From NCBI GenBank assembly GCA_039545335.1, contig BCIN01000002.1:1908484-1972483 (forward strand): 64,000 nt of DNA, written 5' to 3'. The translations under genes were made by a program, and so were the position numbers. This DNA is from Kondoa subrosea. Lineage: Eukaryota. The notes below the pieces were generated by a model. The model was not told the DNA's origin. It did no database searches and saw nothing but the letters and a program-made list of their open reading frames with translations. Below, one piece after another: positions 18,696 through 29,751 of the stretch; positions within the stretch are counted from its first letter, which is position 1; every line of letters begins with the position of its first letter.

Positions 18696-20615
18696 ATGAA
18701 TACCAGCCACAGTATACCATACAACAACAATAACCACAATTCAGCAAGCTCGTTCGAATATCACCAGACAGAATGCCCTTCTTTCGCACAGAGTTCATCA
18801 TCTCCTATGGACTCGCCTAAGGCTATGACTGAAGACGATTATCTAAATCAGGCTCTAGATCAATCAAGAGCTTCAGCGGTTCAGGAATGCGCTGTTGAAA
18901 GCTTAAACCTAGATCGTATCAGAATGGAGTCTTTGGACCTGCGGCGAGCCCTGCAAGAATCTCAAGCTGAGGTAGAAAAGGCTGAGAGAGCCAAACAGCA
19001 AGCAAGAAGGGAAGAAGAGGCCTTCGCTCAAGCCATTGCTGAGAGTTCAAGATTAGCTGAAGCAGAGAGGGTCAAGCGAATTCAGGACGAGGCAGAGTTT
19101 CAATTGGCCTTGACAAGAAGCACACAGCAGGTGTATCGATGGCAGCAGGCCGAATCCAATTCCACAGCCTCTACATCTCGTTATCGACCTGAAGACCCAG
19201 AACTTCATTCCGTGCACAGAAATGGTTCTACCTCGCCGCATCTATCGCATGTTGCTTCTCTTCGTCCCCTCCGCCCATCTGCAAGACCAGCTACTACTTC
19301 TGCGACTGTAAGCAGGCCAACGTCTGCCTACGCTTCTGGTGCCTATGCGAAGCCTCTTCCTAAACCACCAAAGCGGGCCGCATCGAATGACACAACTGCA
19401 CGTCATCCGTTACCGGCAAATGATGAACCTTTCCTTTTCGAAAGGAGCCGGCGCGCTTCTGCGCCAGCTAACAGCAAAGCTCGACTTCAACCTACTAGGT
19501 CACCTCCTCCGCTTCCTTCCACGTTTTCTGACGAAGAAGAAGATCGAGACCCGTTTGACGACTATTTCAGTATTGGACAAAGAAGCATGTCAGGCTCTCC
19601 CAGCTTACAAAGCGTGCCGGAACAATCGCAATATCCGATGTTGTCCACTAGCCTGCCCCTTCCTTCAGACCATTCTGTCTACTCTTCTCACACACTCTCG
19701 GCCAAACCATCATCGCTCTCTTTAGCTGACAGCACATATAGCCAGACTTCACCTGGATCGGGCGACAGTGACATTGATCTCACAAAAAGGGATAGTCAGC
19801 TACAAGAGGACTTCAAGGGAGTGCGGTTGGGCTTCCCTTCCATAACGCCCGAATTGCAGTACGTTCAATCTTACCGAAAGGGAGATATCTAATCTCTTGG
19901 CCAGACCTGGTAGTCGATTTCCAGATCTTGTGGAATTGTCAACTTATGCGGATCAAAGGCTGGAAACATTCTCTGTCGAAGCTTTCTCCTACCGCAATCT
20001 CATCGAATACCTTATGTACTGGTTCGAAAACTCTATAGCCACTACTCCAGCTGATATTCAAGCTCTGGCTTTGGATAAGCCTATGCCAGCCGCTCTTTCC
20101 TTTGAATTCTTTTCGCCTCAGCCGGCTACATCCAGACCAGCTACTATTCGACTTTCAATCACCCTGCATCCGAACAAACGAAATCCACTGAGAATTGTCC
20201 CTTGTACACCGCCGCCTCGTATTCGCATCCAGCTCAACAAGACTATCGATCTACCAATTTCCCTATATGCTCTCGCAGAAAGATTGCGAGATGTGCATGC
20301 CGAAGCTGTAGAAGCTCTTTCTTCAGGCGGCGGGACTATGTTTGATTTAGGCAAAGAAATTGAATTATTGGCGCGATCACGATGCGAAAAATCCCACACT
20401 ACAGCGGATTTGCAAAGGATTGTTTCCGTGAGAGGATGTCGGGTGATGAAGCGAATCAAAAGGCTGAGGAACCATGGGAAGAAGGAACCAGTCAGGCAAG
20501 CTTCGGCTTTGGAGGATTCCGCATACTTCATTACAGTAAGTGTCATTTGGCATCTTGTGCTCTGCTTGTAGCTTGATGTTCCGTGCAGCCTTTCAAACTA
20601 GCAGAGTACGGCTGA
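18696..20615 (+). CDS. Multi-UIM protein with Ser/Pro-rich linker and uncharacterised C-terminal domain
   Basis: 398-aa and 224-aa ORFs joined by a short intron; four acidic-LxxALxxS helices in the N-terminal part. Confidence 0.6.
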
Positions 20616-20791
20616 AATCTGAAGGCAGAGGTAGACAGATGCGCGTCAATCGAGTTGTAAACTACGGACAATAGCTTCAAGCAAGTTGTACAATACTGCG
20701 TTAACAGACAATAGCCTCAATAAGGTTGTACAATGCATTCAATAGCATTTCGCCCCGCAACAATCTTCTAATCCTCCGGCCCTAGACCTCT

Positions 20792-23700
20792 TCATACTTT
20801 AGGTAGTTTGCTCATCTCGGTTTCTTCGCTCTCCCCCTTGTCGTCCATTCCAACGCTCATGTTTGCCTTAGAATCGTTGATTGTCGGCGGCATATGTTGA
20901 TTCTGCTTGGAGCTACCAAGTTGAACGGGTGTGTGGTCACTCTTGAGGTGATGAGACACATCTGGCACAGAAATGGTGAGCATTCCATGAGAGCAGAGTC
21001 AAATCAATCACTAACCGATAGTAAAGTATGAAGCAATAAGACCCAGGGTGCAGAAAGGAATTGTGACCAGATAGACGATCCTGAACAGGCATGAGCTATA
21101 GAGAATTGGAGCCAGTTAAAAAAGAAGCTCTCACTTATAAGCGTCCGAGAAACCCTGCTTTGCCGCGACAGTGATGACTTGTGCAGCTTCTGGTGTGACT
21201 CCCGCGATGTTCGACAAGGGAGTTGACGCGAGCGCTCCTTTGACCAGATCGTCGACGATGGCAGTCGAATAGCCAAATTGTGATGCAGCCTGAGTGACAG
21301 CGCTTGGAACATTCTTGGCAGTGAAGCTTGAAAGTACAGCGACTATATCAATCACATGTCAGACACAGATCGCTTGGACAGAAGAATGCCAACCATAGAC
21401 AGCAACCTGTTCGTGGCTGAGTGAGAAGTATCGACTAAAGTAGGTATACACGTACAGCAATAGACCCTCCAGCGTTTCTGACGGATGTTGCAAGCCTGGT
21501 ATGGACCGAGTCAGCTTAATATTGCGGCGATGAACAAGGTGCGCACCCAGTCGCGACGCCGATATCTGCCTCTCGACAGGCAAATTGCACTTGTCTGACG
21601 AAAGCCAGGTTCAGTAAAGGCCAGTCACCCCAGATCAACGCTGAGCTTACAAATAGGTTAAATTCATGATCCAAATGCTGTAGGTGATTCTGATGATCAG
21701 ATATAGCAGCAGATTGTGAAAACTCGACTCGCAATGGTACGTTGGCAATGCTAGACGAATGCTTTAGCTTGATACATCATACGGCGGAGCTTAACTTACA
21801 ATATAACCACCAAGGCGGCTGCTTCGGACCTGGGTGTCACTGGTCATAGCGTTCAGATTTAATTTATCAGACAGACCTGACAAGAAGGAAAGCTTACTAG
21901 CTGCCATACAAGCGAATCCAACTGTTTGCATCAAATTCGCAAAGACTGTTTGCCATCGGGTTGACCCAAGATATGGAATAAGAGCACCGAGAATGACTCC
22001 TCCCTTTATACCGATAAAAGTCGATCAGGACTCAGCAGAACAGAAGAAGAGTTGTGCATACGACGAAGATTCCGAAGCCTTGGGTCAACTGCGGCAGATA
22101 AGACGCATAGATATGAGCGAATTTTTTTGCTACCGAAGAGGCCCTTGACATACACTGAGGATGCCCACTTGTTCATAGCTTGTAGCATAGAATTGATTCA
22201 GCTGATTTGGCCACAGGACAGCTCCGGAGAAGAAAGCCATGCTGTGCAAACCTTAAGTAAGAGGCGCGCAGACTGGCTGCAGAGCTTACCCGGCGACTGT
22301 AATACATGTTCGTATTTAGACATATACTAGTTCAATAAATAAAGCGAACCTGTTGCTATAATCAAGTTTGAAGTATAGCCCTTGAAGCTTTAACAGATGT
22401 TTCATCAACGCCAGGGTGAGATTGCTAGAGCCTGTGCACTCACTTTCCTTTGAACAGACGCGGAGGCGCTAAAGCTCTATCGCCCATACGATATTCCCAA
22501 AAGCCAAAAGCGACCAAAGTGACGAAACCAGCAACCACGGGAGCAAAAGTTCGAGGATTCGTCCAAGAATATAATCCCGATCCATAAATTATACCGATGA
22601 GGAAGACACTGAGACCACCGGTGAAGAGAACGAGACCAATCCAATCAATTTCACGGAATTCTTGCATCTTAGATTTCCCGTCGTTTATCGGGTGCGACGG
22701 AGGCCAGTAGAAGACTGCGGTTTAGACTATAAGAATAGGAGAGGACAGGGGAGGATAACACATACGAATGATAAGTAATAGGCCGATTGCTGATTGTAAA
22801 ATAGAGAACTGTTTTCGAGAAGCAGTGAGTGACCGAATGAGCGATAATACTTATGCCTGCTCACATAGTAGATCCACTTATAGCCAGCCCTGGCAACAAT
22901 GATGCGCGAAATTCCGACTCCTCCAACATAACCGAAGGGCTGAGGAGAAATTTGTGTTCAGTCCAGAAACATGATGAGACATGCTGACTTACAGCGATAG
23001 AGAGTTCCAATAGCGCGATTGTTGCTGCTCTCCATTTGTTACTGACGATCTCAGCTCCAGCTGCCTGCGATAGAGTGAGCTAATTCTATGAGCTATTCAC
23101 TATTACTTACCAGTGCAAGATTTGCCATGCCTTGAATATGAAGATAATTAATGATAGTACTTTCGGCAAGGCGAAAAGGGAAAGCAATCTACCTCCTGCT
23201 ACACCACAGAGTACGGCTATATAAGACAGATGAGTGAGAGAGACGCGTCAGAGATGTTGTCTTGCTTACATCCTCCAATCAAGACCGAGAAGGAACCGGT
23301 CACAGCACACATAATTGAACCAACCAAAGAGATCAGGTTACATGCCACGAAGAAATATCTCCTTCCGAAGATATCTGAAAGACGGCCACTGATGAGAACC
23401 TACAAATAGAATAAGAAAAAAAGTTGGTTTAAGAGCCAAAGAAGGTCCGGGGAGAATGGGATCGTACAAGAATTGCGCAACCAACTATTTTTCGTTTAGT
23501 ATGCAGACGCCTTGACAACTGAAGAATCTACTCACGAGTCCAACCAGAAGAGATCCAAGAATATTGAGCCGCGCCTGTCGGCCCGAATGAACCAGCAATG
23601 AAAACGGAAGTATCTGTTCGATGTTTAGATTGCATCGGTACTCTGCCAGCATGATCTTACAGGCAGGCATGTCCGCCGAGACGGCCTACCAGCATATCAG

Positions 23701-23919
23701 CCTTCGATCAGAATCACAAAACACGCTACATACCAATTGCATGCCATATCTGATGCACATAAGCTCAGGGATCGTGTATGCAGGATGCATAGAAGACCTA
23801 CGTGAAGCATAGCGACTACTTGCGATCTCAGCATGTTACAATGCGAAGAAGCAACAACTCACTAGGACTGCCAAGGAAGTCACGACATTAGAAGAACCGT
23901 TGCGGAGACCCTCAAGCAT
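20792..23919 (-). CDS. MFS transporter, TRI12/siderophore-transporter-like 14-TM type; many introns
   Basis: Spliced GRLSDIFGRRYF motif (about 23350-23395), FYWPPS, EIDWIGLVLFTGGL, PPRLFK, DIGVATG, AAKQGFSDAYK. Start MLEGLRNG inferred. Confidence 0.85.
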
Positions 23920-24014
23920 CTTTGCTGAAGCAGAGGAAGAACAAGATGGGAGAAAAGAAACAGAAAAAGAGGGGCTGCAGGACACCTTGCGGAGCCAACG
24001 CGGATCGCACCTTG

Positions 24015-24036
24015 TCGGTGCCCACCGAGTTGGGAA
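24015..24036. promoter_or_regulatory. Candidate TF site in the MFS/Dabb divergent promoter: TCGGTG-CC-CACCGA palindrome overlapping TGCCCA-N6-TGGGAA
   Basis: Read directly from sequence. CGG-N6-CCG is a Zn2Cys6-type site geometry. Confidence 0.5.
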
Positions 24037-24086
24037 AATATGGTCCAGACGATGCCTTGCTTGGTTCTATATATCACTACATCAGC

Positions 24087-24657
24087 ATGGTCATCGGTCA
24101 TATAGTGCTGTACAGACTCCGAGAAGGGATAAGCGAGGAGACGTTTAAGCAGTTCGATGAAGCCGTGGCCGAATTCCCGTAAGCCTACACGCGAGCGCAG
24201 TCCGATGTTCACTGAATGTTGTATGTAGGAACAAGTATCCAGGTATCTTGCATCAATGGCAGTAGGCAAATTCTCCAAGTTTTAAGGATCTGTTTGATGG
24301 GTTTTACGCCCTAGGGGCAAGTGCTTCAACGAGCCTTATGACGCTGAGCCGTACAAGGGATGGTATGGTCCCAAGGGCTGGGATTATGTGAGTGTTGAAG
24401 ACTCAATGCCAAGAAAACGTCGCTGACCCGAACTTAGATAATTAATATGATCTTCGCAACCAAGGAGGATTTGGACAACTTTGCCGTCCACCCTGATCAT
24501 ATCAAGATGTCGGACGTACATAGTGAGGCGGTTTGTGATAGGAAAAACGGTCAGTCTTCTTCGATTATTTAGCATGGTCCAATTGAAGTGATACTCTGCT
24601 CTACCAGATCTCATGACATTCGACTGGGTTGATAACGTAGATCGGGTGAAGAAGTGA
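24087..24657 (+). CDS. Stress-responsive A/B barrel (Dabb) domain protein
   Basis: Spliced MVIGHIVLYRLREGIS...KGWDY|IINMIFATKEDLDNFAVHPDHIKM...LMTFDW. The HIVL...F...HPxH...D pattern is characteristic of Dabb proteins. Confidence 0.8.
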
Positions 24658-24710
24658 TTGTAAACATAGCATTTGAACTGTCTTAACCAATCTTAACATG
24701 ACCTGCCCTC

Positions 24711-27700
24711 TCATGTGCCAACATCTGGAAACAGATTCCAAGAAGCGTCATTGAATAATTGATGCGTTGATAACATAGGCGAAGTAGGTTGCTGCCAGTC
24801 TATCTCCGATAGGTAGTTCTGCAGGAAAGAATCTGTGGGGATAGTCGGTATTTCTGGTAAGCCATACAGGTCAAGATCGCGGTTCGAGGACTGCTGGATT
24901 GCTTCTGCAGGAGTGTTGACGCCAGTTTGTCCACTGGCTAGGCGACGTAGGGCTTCACTGAAGGTTTCATTTGATGGTTGACCGTTATCCGCCTGTCCTG
25001 TCCATTGGCTTGCTTTCTGTCGCAAGTAGTACTGCATTGATGTCAGAAGCAATCCGAATGCGGTGCAAAGTAGGCTACTAACGCGGAATAGTCTGCTTTC
25101 GGGGTTAGCATAATGACATGGTAATTGCCAAGTTGCACGCACTTTTCGTTCACTCTCGCAACCAGCCTACTCAATTTGGACAGGAATGGAGACACTGCAT
25201 TCTGTGCTTGGTGAAAGTGCTCAGCAGCCTGTAAGACCTGCTGCTCTCGTGCCAGATTTGGTACACCGGTTTCAAGCGAAAGATTCAAATCGCGGAATAA
25301 AACGATGAAGGCCATAAAGAGGTATAGATGTACTGAGAGTCCATACCATTCAGGTCAGTATTAGGAAATAGAGGGAATGACGAACAATCTGGCGATCGCA
25401 TTCAGCTCGTCGGCCGATCATTAGAGGCTGAACTTACAATCAATATTTGCAACTCCAGCACTTCTTAGAGCCGCATGATTATCTAAGAGGCGTACAGCCG
25501 CGTCGATTGCAGCTCTAGACGACACAGAATATGCACCATCACCGCGAGCAGCACGACCAAGGAAAGGGCGATCTGCTTTCGAAATCAGCCCTGACATAAT
25601 CGGCTCTAGTGTTTGAATCCACTGACGCAATCGGATTATCCTATGCAGAATGGCTAGAGAAAACTAAGCATATGCACCACATGTGCGCGCTTGCATTTAC
25701 CTTGCTCCAGTACTATCCTCTGCCATCTGAATTGAGGATGCTCTGTTACAGCACCGATGTATGATGTTTTGAGCCGGTCAGGCATTTCCAATAAAAGGGT
25801 TTGAAAAATCTAATACGTTTGATTTCAGCTCAATAAATGAAACTGAAATCGCAGCGTACTGCGTCCATTTTGATGACATCCTCAAGATACCTTAGTCTAG
25901 AGACATTGCAGATGAACAGCATATGCTCACTTCGTAAACCATTTTCTTGCCCACTTGTTGAACAAGAGTCATATATGCTCGATGCGCCAGAGCGAGTTGA
26001 TAGCGACCCTTGCAATGGTATCAGATCGCTCACGTCGGACACAAAAGTAGTCTACCTGTTCAATGGAGAGATCGGTCATCACGGAATCTGGATATGGCTT
26101 CGGACAAGATCCGTGGGCTAGATCCAGATCGTTGAGGTTTGAAGGAAGCGCCGTATCATCTAAAAAGGGAAATGTAAGATGCAGACCGATCTAGAGCAAG
26201 AGAAATACAGGTTGACAACGTGACCAAAGGCATAGTGGCACTGGATGACGCGATAATGGAGTCCAAGAAGACCAAGTAGTACCAAAGTCGCTGCGCCAGT
26301 TCTCTTCTCAGTTGTGAGACTCTGGACACTATTATGAGCTTCTATACACTAGAACAGCGATTACATTACCCTGACGGTAGGGACTGATCCTCGGCAGGCA
26401 TGATGCTGGAATCAGTACCTAGTTGATGAAAGCGCAAGAGGTGTGCCATGCGAATACCATGAGCGATAGAGATCATAAAAACGTTAAGTTGTTCAGCCGA
26501 ACTATGAGAGCCAGTGTGGAAGTAGTAATGACTGATAATTGAATTAACATGAAGCAACTGACTATGCAGCTGAGCAGCTCACGCTCTGAGCACACGATAA
26601 GCGGACATTACAGATTAGCCTATACCTACTGACTGAAGTAGAATAATCTGAATGTTCCGATACGTAGGCAGTTTCTCCAGTCCAGACAGCGTCAAGATCT
26701 GCATGCTCGCCATAAAATAGCGTTCAGGTAGTAATTTGACGGTTTCTGCATCTAGCCCGGTGGATCGAGACAGTGTGTCTACATCGCAGCAATGATTCGC
26801 GGAAAGGGACAGCACGAGTAACAGCAAGCTAATGTAACGAGGATCGGCTTCGTGTAATCGCGATTGCTGATAGAGCGTGGAGAAGCTTTGAAAATCTTCG
26901 CGAAAGGTGGTCTGATGCAGAACATGCCAATGCCATGAGACTGTCCGGAAATCTATATCAAACCAACAGAGATGTATACACATGAGCAAATTCGGAAGCT
27001 AACATTGACCAAATTCTAAGCGTACAATGATCGACGAGCCAATTAGTAGTATTGTAGTCGAGAATCAATGTGGTCAATAGAGACTGAATTTGAAGCGCGT
27101 TTTGGTTTTCGATCTGCTCTTGCATGCGAAACGGTAGTGTTCCGTTAGCCGCTGATTTAGTAGCCAGAATACGATGCATAATTCCGCCGCCTTCTTGCGC
27201 AGGGTGCAAATGATCTGCCCGATCTGGACCATGTACATTGTCGACACGATTTTGCTTAAGAGCCATTTCTACCGCACAGTCTAGAATCAGCATGAATTCA
27301 CAGCATTGTGCTATCACTGTCACTGACCCTCAAGAATAGTTGCAGCGTCTTCTGTTGCAGCGTCTTCCATGTCAAATTCACCCGTAAAGCTTTCGTTTTG
27401 ACCGACAATACTCCCTTCCAGAAATCCAGCACTTTGGGGTTCGCACTGAATATCGTCTTCCAATCCATTCAGAGGTAAAGTATTCTGGCTTGTAAAGGCA
27501 GAAGGAAGAGCTTGAAGAGATAGAAGACTCTCGATGCGATCCAATCGGGCTTTCACTTGCGAGAATTCTTGCATGGAGACGAAGACACGCCTGACACTCA
27601 TAAGCGAAGCAGTCGAACTGAAGCTTTCACAGCTTACTCTGGCCCTTCGTGGTAAATATTATCATACTCACACTCGGTCGGCTTTCCTCGCTTGAGACAG

Positions 27701-27914
27701 CGCTCGCATGGGAGCTTTCGATTACACTACGAGCGCAGACATCAGCCATAGAAGCATCCTTTGATCTTGACCTTACCTTGACCTTCGCTCTTTTGCATGC
27801 TTTGCATGATAGAACGATTCTGCGGGATTTTGCAACATCCTCGGCTCCCTCAGGCTCGCTACCTTCAGTACGACTGCGCTTGAGAGTGGATGGTCCCGCA
27901 GTTGGGGCAGACAT
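24711..27914 (-). CDS. Zn(II)2Cys6 transcription factor with fungal middle homology region
   Basis: SCKACKRAKVK|CDRKLPCERCLKRGKPTECEY binuclear cluster, RLDRIESLL coiled coil, WHWHVLHQTTF, LPSNLND, DRPFL. Confidence 0.92.
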
Positions 27915-28089
27915 GAGCGTATGCGAAAGAGAGGACTACAATATGCCAGGGCGAACAGAAGTACTCGGGTGGGCAAGAGTCCAGTTTGAGGTTAGCTGTG
28001 TTTCAGTCGTCGATTGTAAATCTGACAGATGCTGCTGAACCGTGGTCGTAGCAAGAAAAAATACATTGTGATGAACGGCTTATGTAATT

Positions 28090-29258
28090 CTATTGAGCAG
28101 TCCACCCAGCATCAACAGACATCATACTTCCAGTAGCGAAGGACGCTTGCGTGGAAGATAACCACAAGCATACACTTGCAATCTCGTCAGGATGACCAAA
28201 TCGTCTCCTAATAGAAATTTAGCTCAATTCCGTGGGTGTAGAGAATGGATCTGACATCTCTTGCATAGTCAGATAGTTCTGCTCTGCCATCTTCAGATCG
28301 TAACCCGGTGTTTCGACTGATTGCAGGAAAGTTAGTAATGCGTTTGTTGAAATCACTTGGACCCACGGATTGGCGTCTAAACAGATCTATCAGTATTGTT
28401 CAACCGGAAGACAGAAAAAAGCTACCATAACGATTCCAGGACACACGCCGTTAACGCGAATCAAGCTAGAGCCAAGTTCCAGTGCTATGGACTTGACGAG
28501 ACCGGCGACGGCATGTTTCGAAGCGGCTATTGAAGCATGTATCAGCTTGATGCTTGCATATCGCTGTGACTGAGACACACCATAAGGACTGAACATCTTG
28601 CAACCAACGAGACCTAGAGCACTAGCGATATTGACGATAGAACCGCGTTCTTTGATCAAGCCCAATTTTGGACCATTATCGCGGACGACTCGAGGCTCTT
28701 GCGTCAGCATAAGCTTGACAAAGTACTTGTCCAGCAAGAATAAGCCATAGCTGTTGATTAGGTTCACATTCAAATAGTCTTCATCTTCAATATCTTGAAT
28801 CAACTTTGTTGGACCGCTGACCTGCGACGAACATGAGGTGGCTATCGGCCGTGAGGATGAAAGAGCTCACCCCAGCAGTGACAATGAGATAGTCCACTCG
28901 TCCAACGAGCTTAGCGCATTCTGCGACTAGTGCTTTAACGCTCTCCGGTTCTGTGATTTCAACTGGGACAAAGTATGCTTGTTGGTTGCCCGTGAGGGTA
29001 GCTTTCACTTCATTGAGCACGGCGGAGCCCAGTTCCTGTGAAGCACGATCAGTTCCGCTCGAGTATGTAGATGACTGTCCAAGAACCTTGGATCTATCCG
29101 CAATGACAACATTATCACCTCGAGCAACTGCACCTAGTACTGTTGCTCTTCCAATGCCACTAGCGCCCTGGAAATCAGCTCTAGCGTCAGCAGGTGTTTA
29201 GAGCTCCGAGGTGATCACAAACCCCGACAACGACGGTGTTACTTGGTAAATGAGCCAT
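28090..29258 (-). CDS. Classical short-chain dehydrogenase/reductase
   Basis: VVVG|GASGIG Rossmann motif, GSIVNIAS, spliced Y-AASK catalytic motif, IRVNGVCPG, C-terminal TGSMMSVDAGWTAQ. Confidence 0.92.
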
Positions 29259-29417
29259 TTCGAAGAGATGTAGAGGTTTGTATTGGTAGCTGCTCCACGA
29301 ACGAGAAAGGTAGAAGATAGTGCAAAACGGAGATCGTCGGTGGCAGGCGAAGTGCGAGGGGAAATACAGTTGTGCCTAGCTCGAGCTGAGAGATAACCGG
29401 ACGCGACATATAATATA

Positions 29418-29437
29418 CTGCCCAGTACATTGGGCAG
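29418..29437. promoter_or_regulatory. Inverted repeat CTGCCCA-GTACAT-TGGGCAG immediately upstream of the SDR TATA-like element
   Basis: Perfect 7-bp arms, adjacent to the AT-rich TATA-like element at about 29408-29417. Confidence 0.5.
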
Positions 29438-29751
29438 GATACTAGCGAGCGAAAGTTGTCCCTGCAAGGTTTGGTATGATGGATTGGGCTCTTAGGGTAT
29501 ATCCATCTCAACGCGATCATACCATCTTGGGATTGCCCATATGACCGCGCAAAGGATGCTTAGGCGTGGTGTGCTGTCTGCATCGTGGTGATCGAGTCTT
29601 TGGCAATGCGTTGAATCACCCATTGGAATGCAGACGTGCGAGAGAGATCATGCACAGAAACAGATTCAAGGATACATTCATGAGCTTTCACACCATTGTC
29701 AGCAGAAAAGCTGCAAATGAACGAAATTAGCGATTTCTTTGAACAGCCAAC

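Noticed and set aside
29385..29456. Possible TPP riboswitch (CTGAGA...GCGAAAG)
   Set aside because: Lacks the TGATC-GG-TAAT-CC core, lies antisense to the SDR promoter and no thiamine gene is adjacent.
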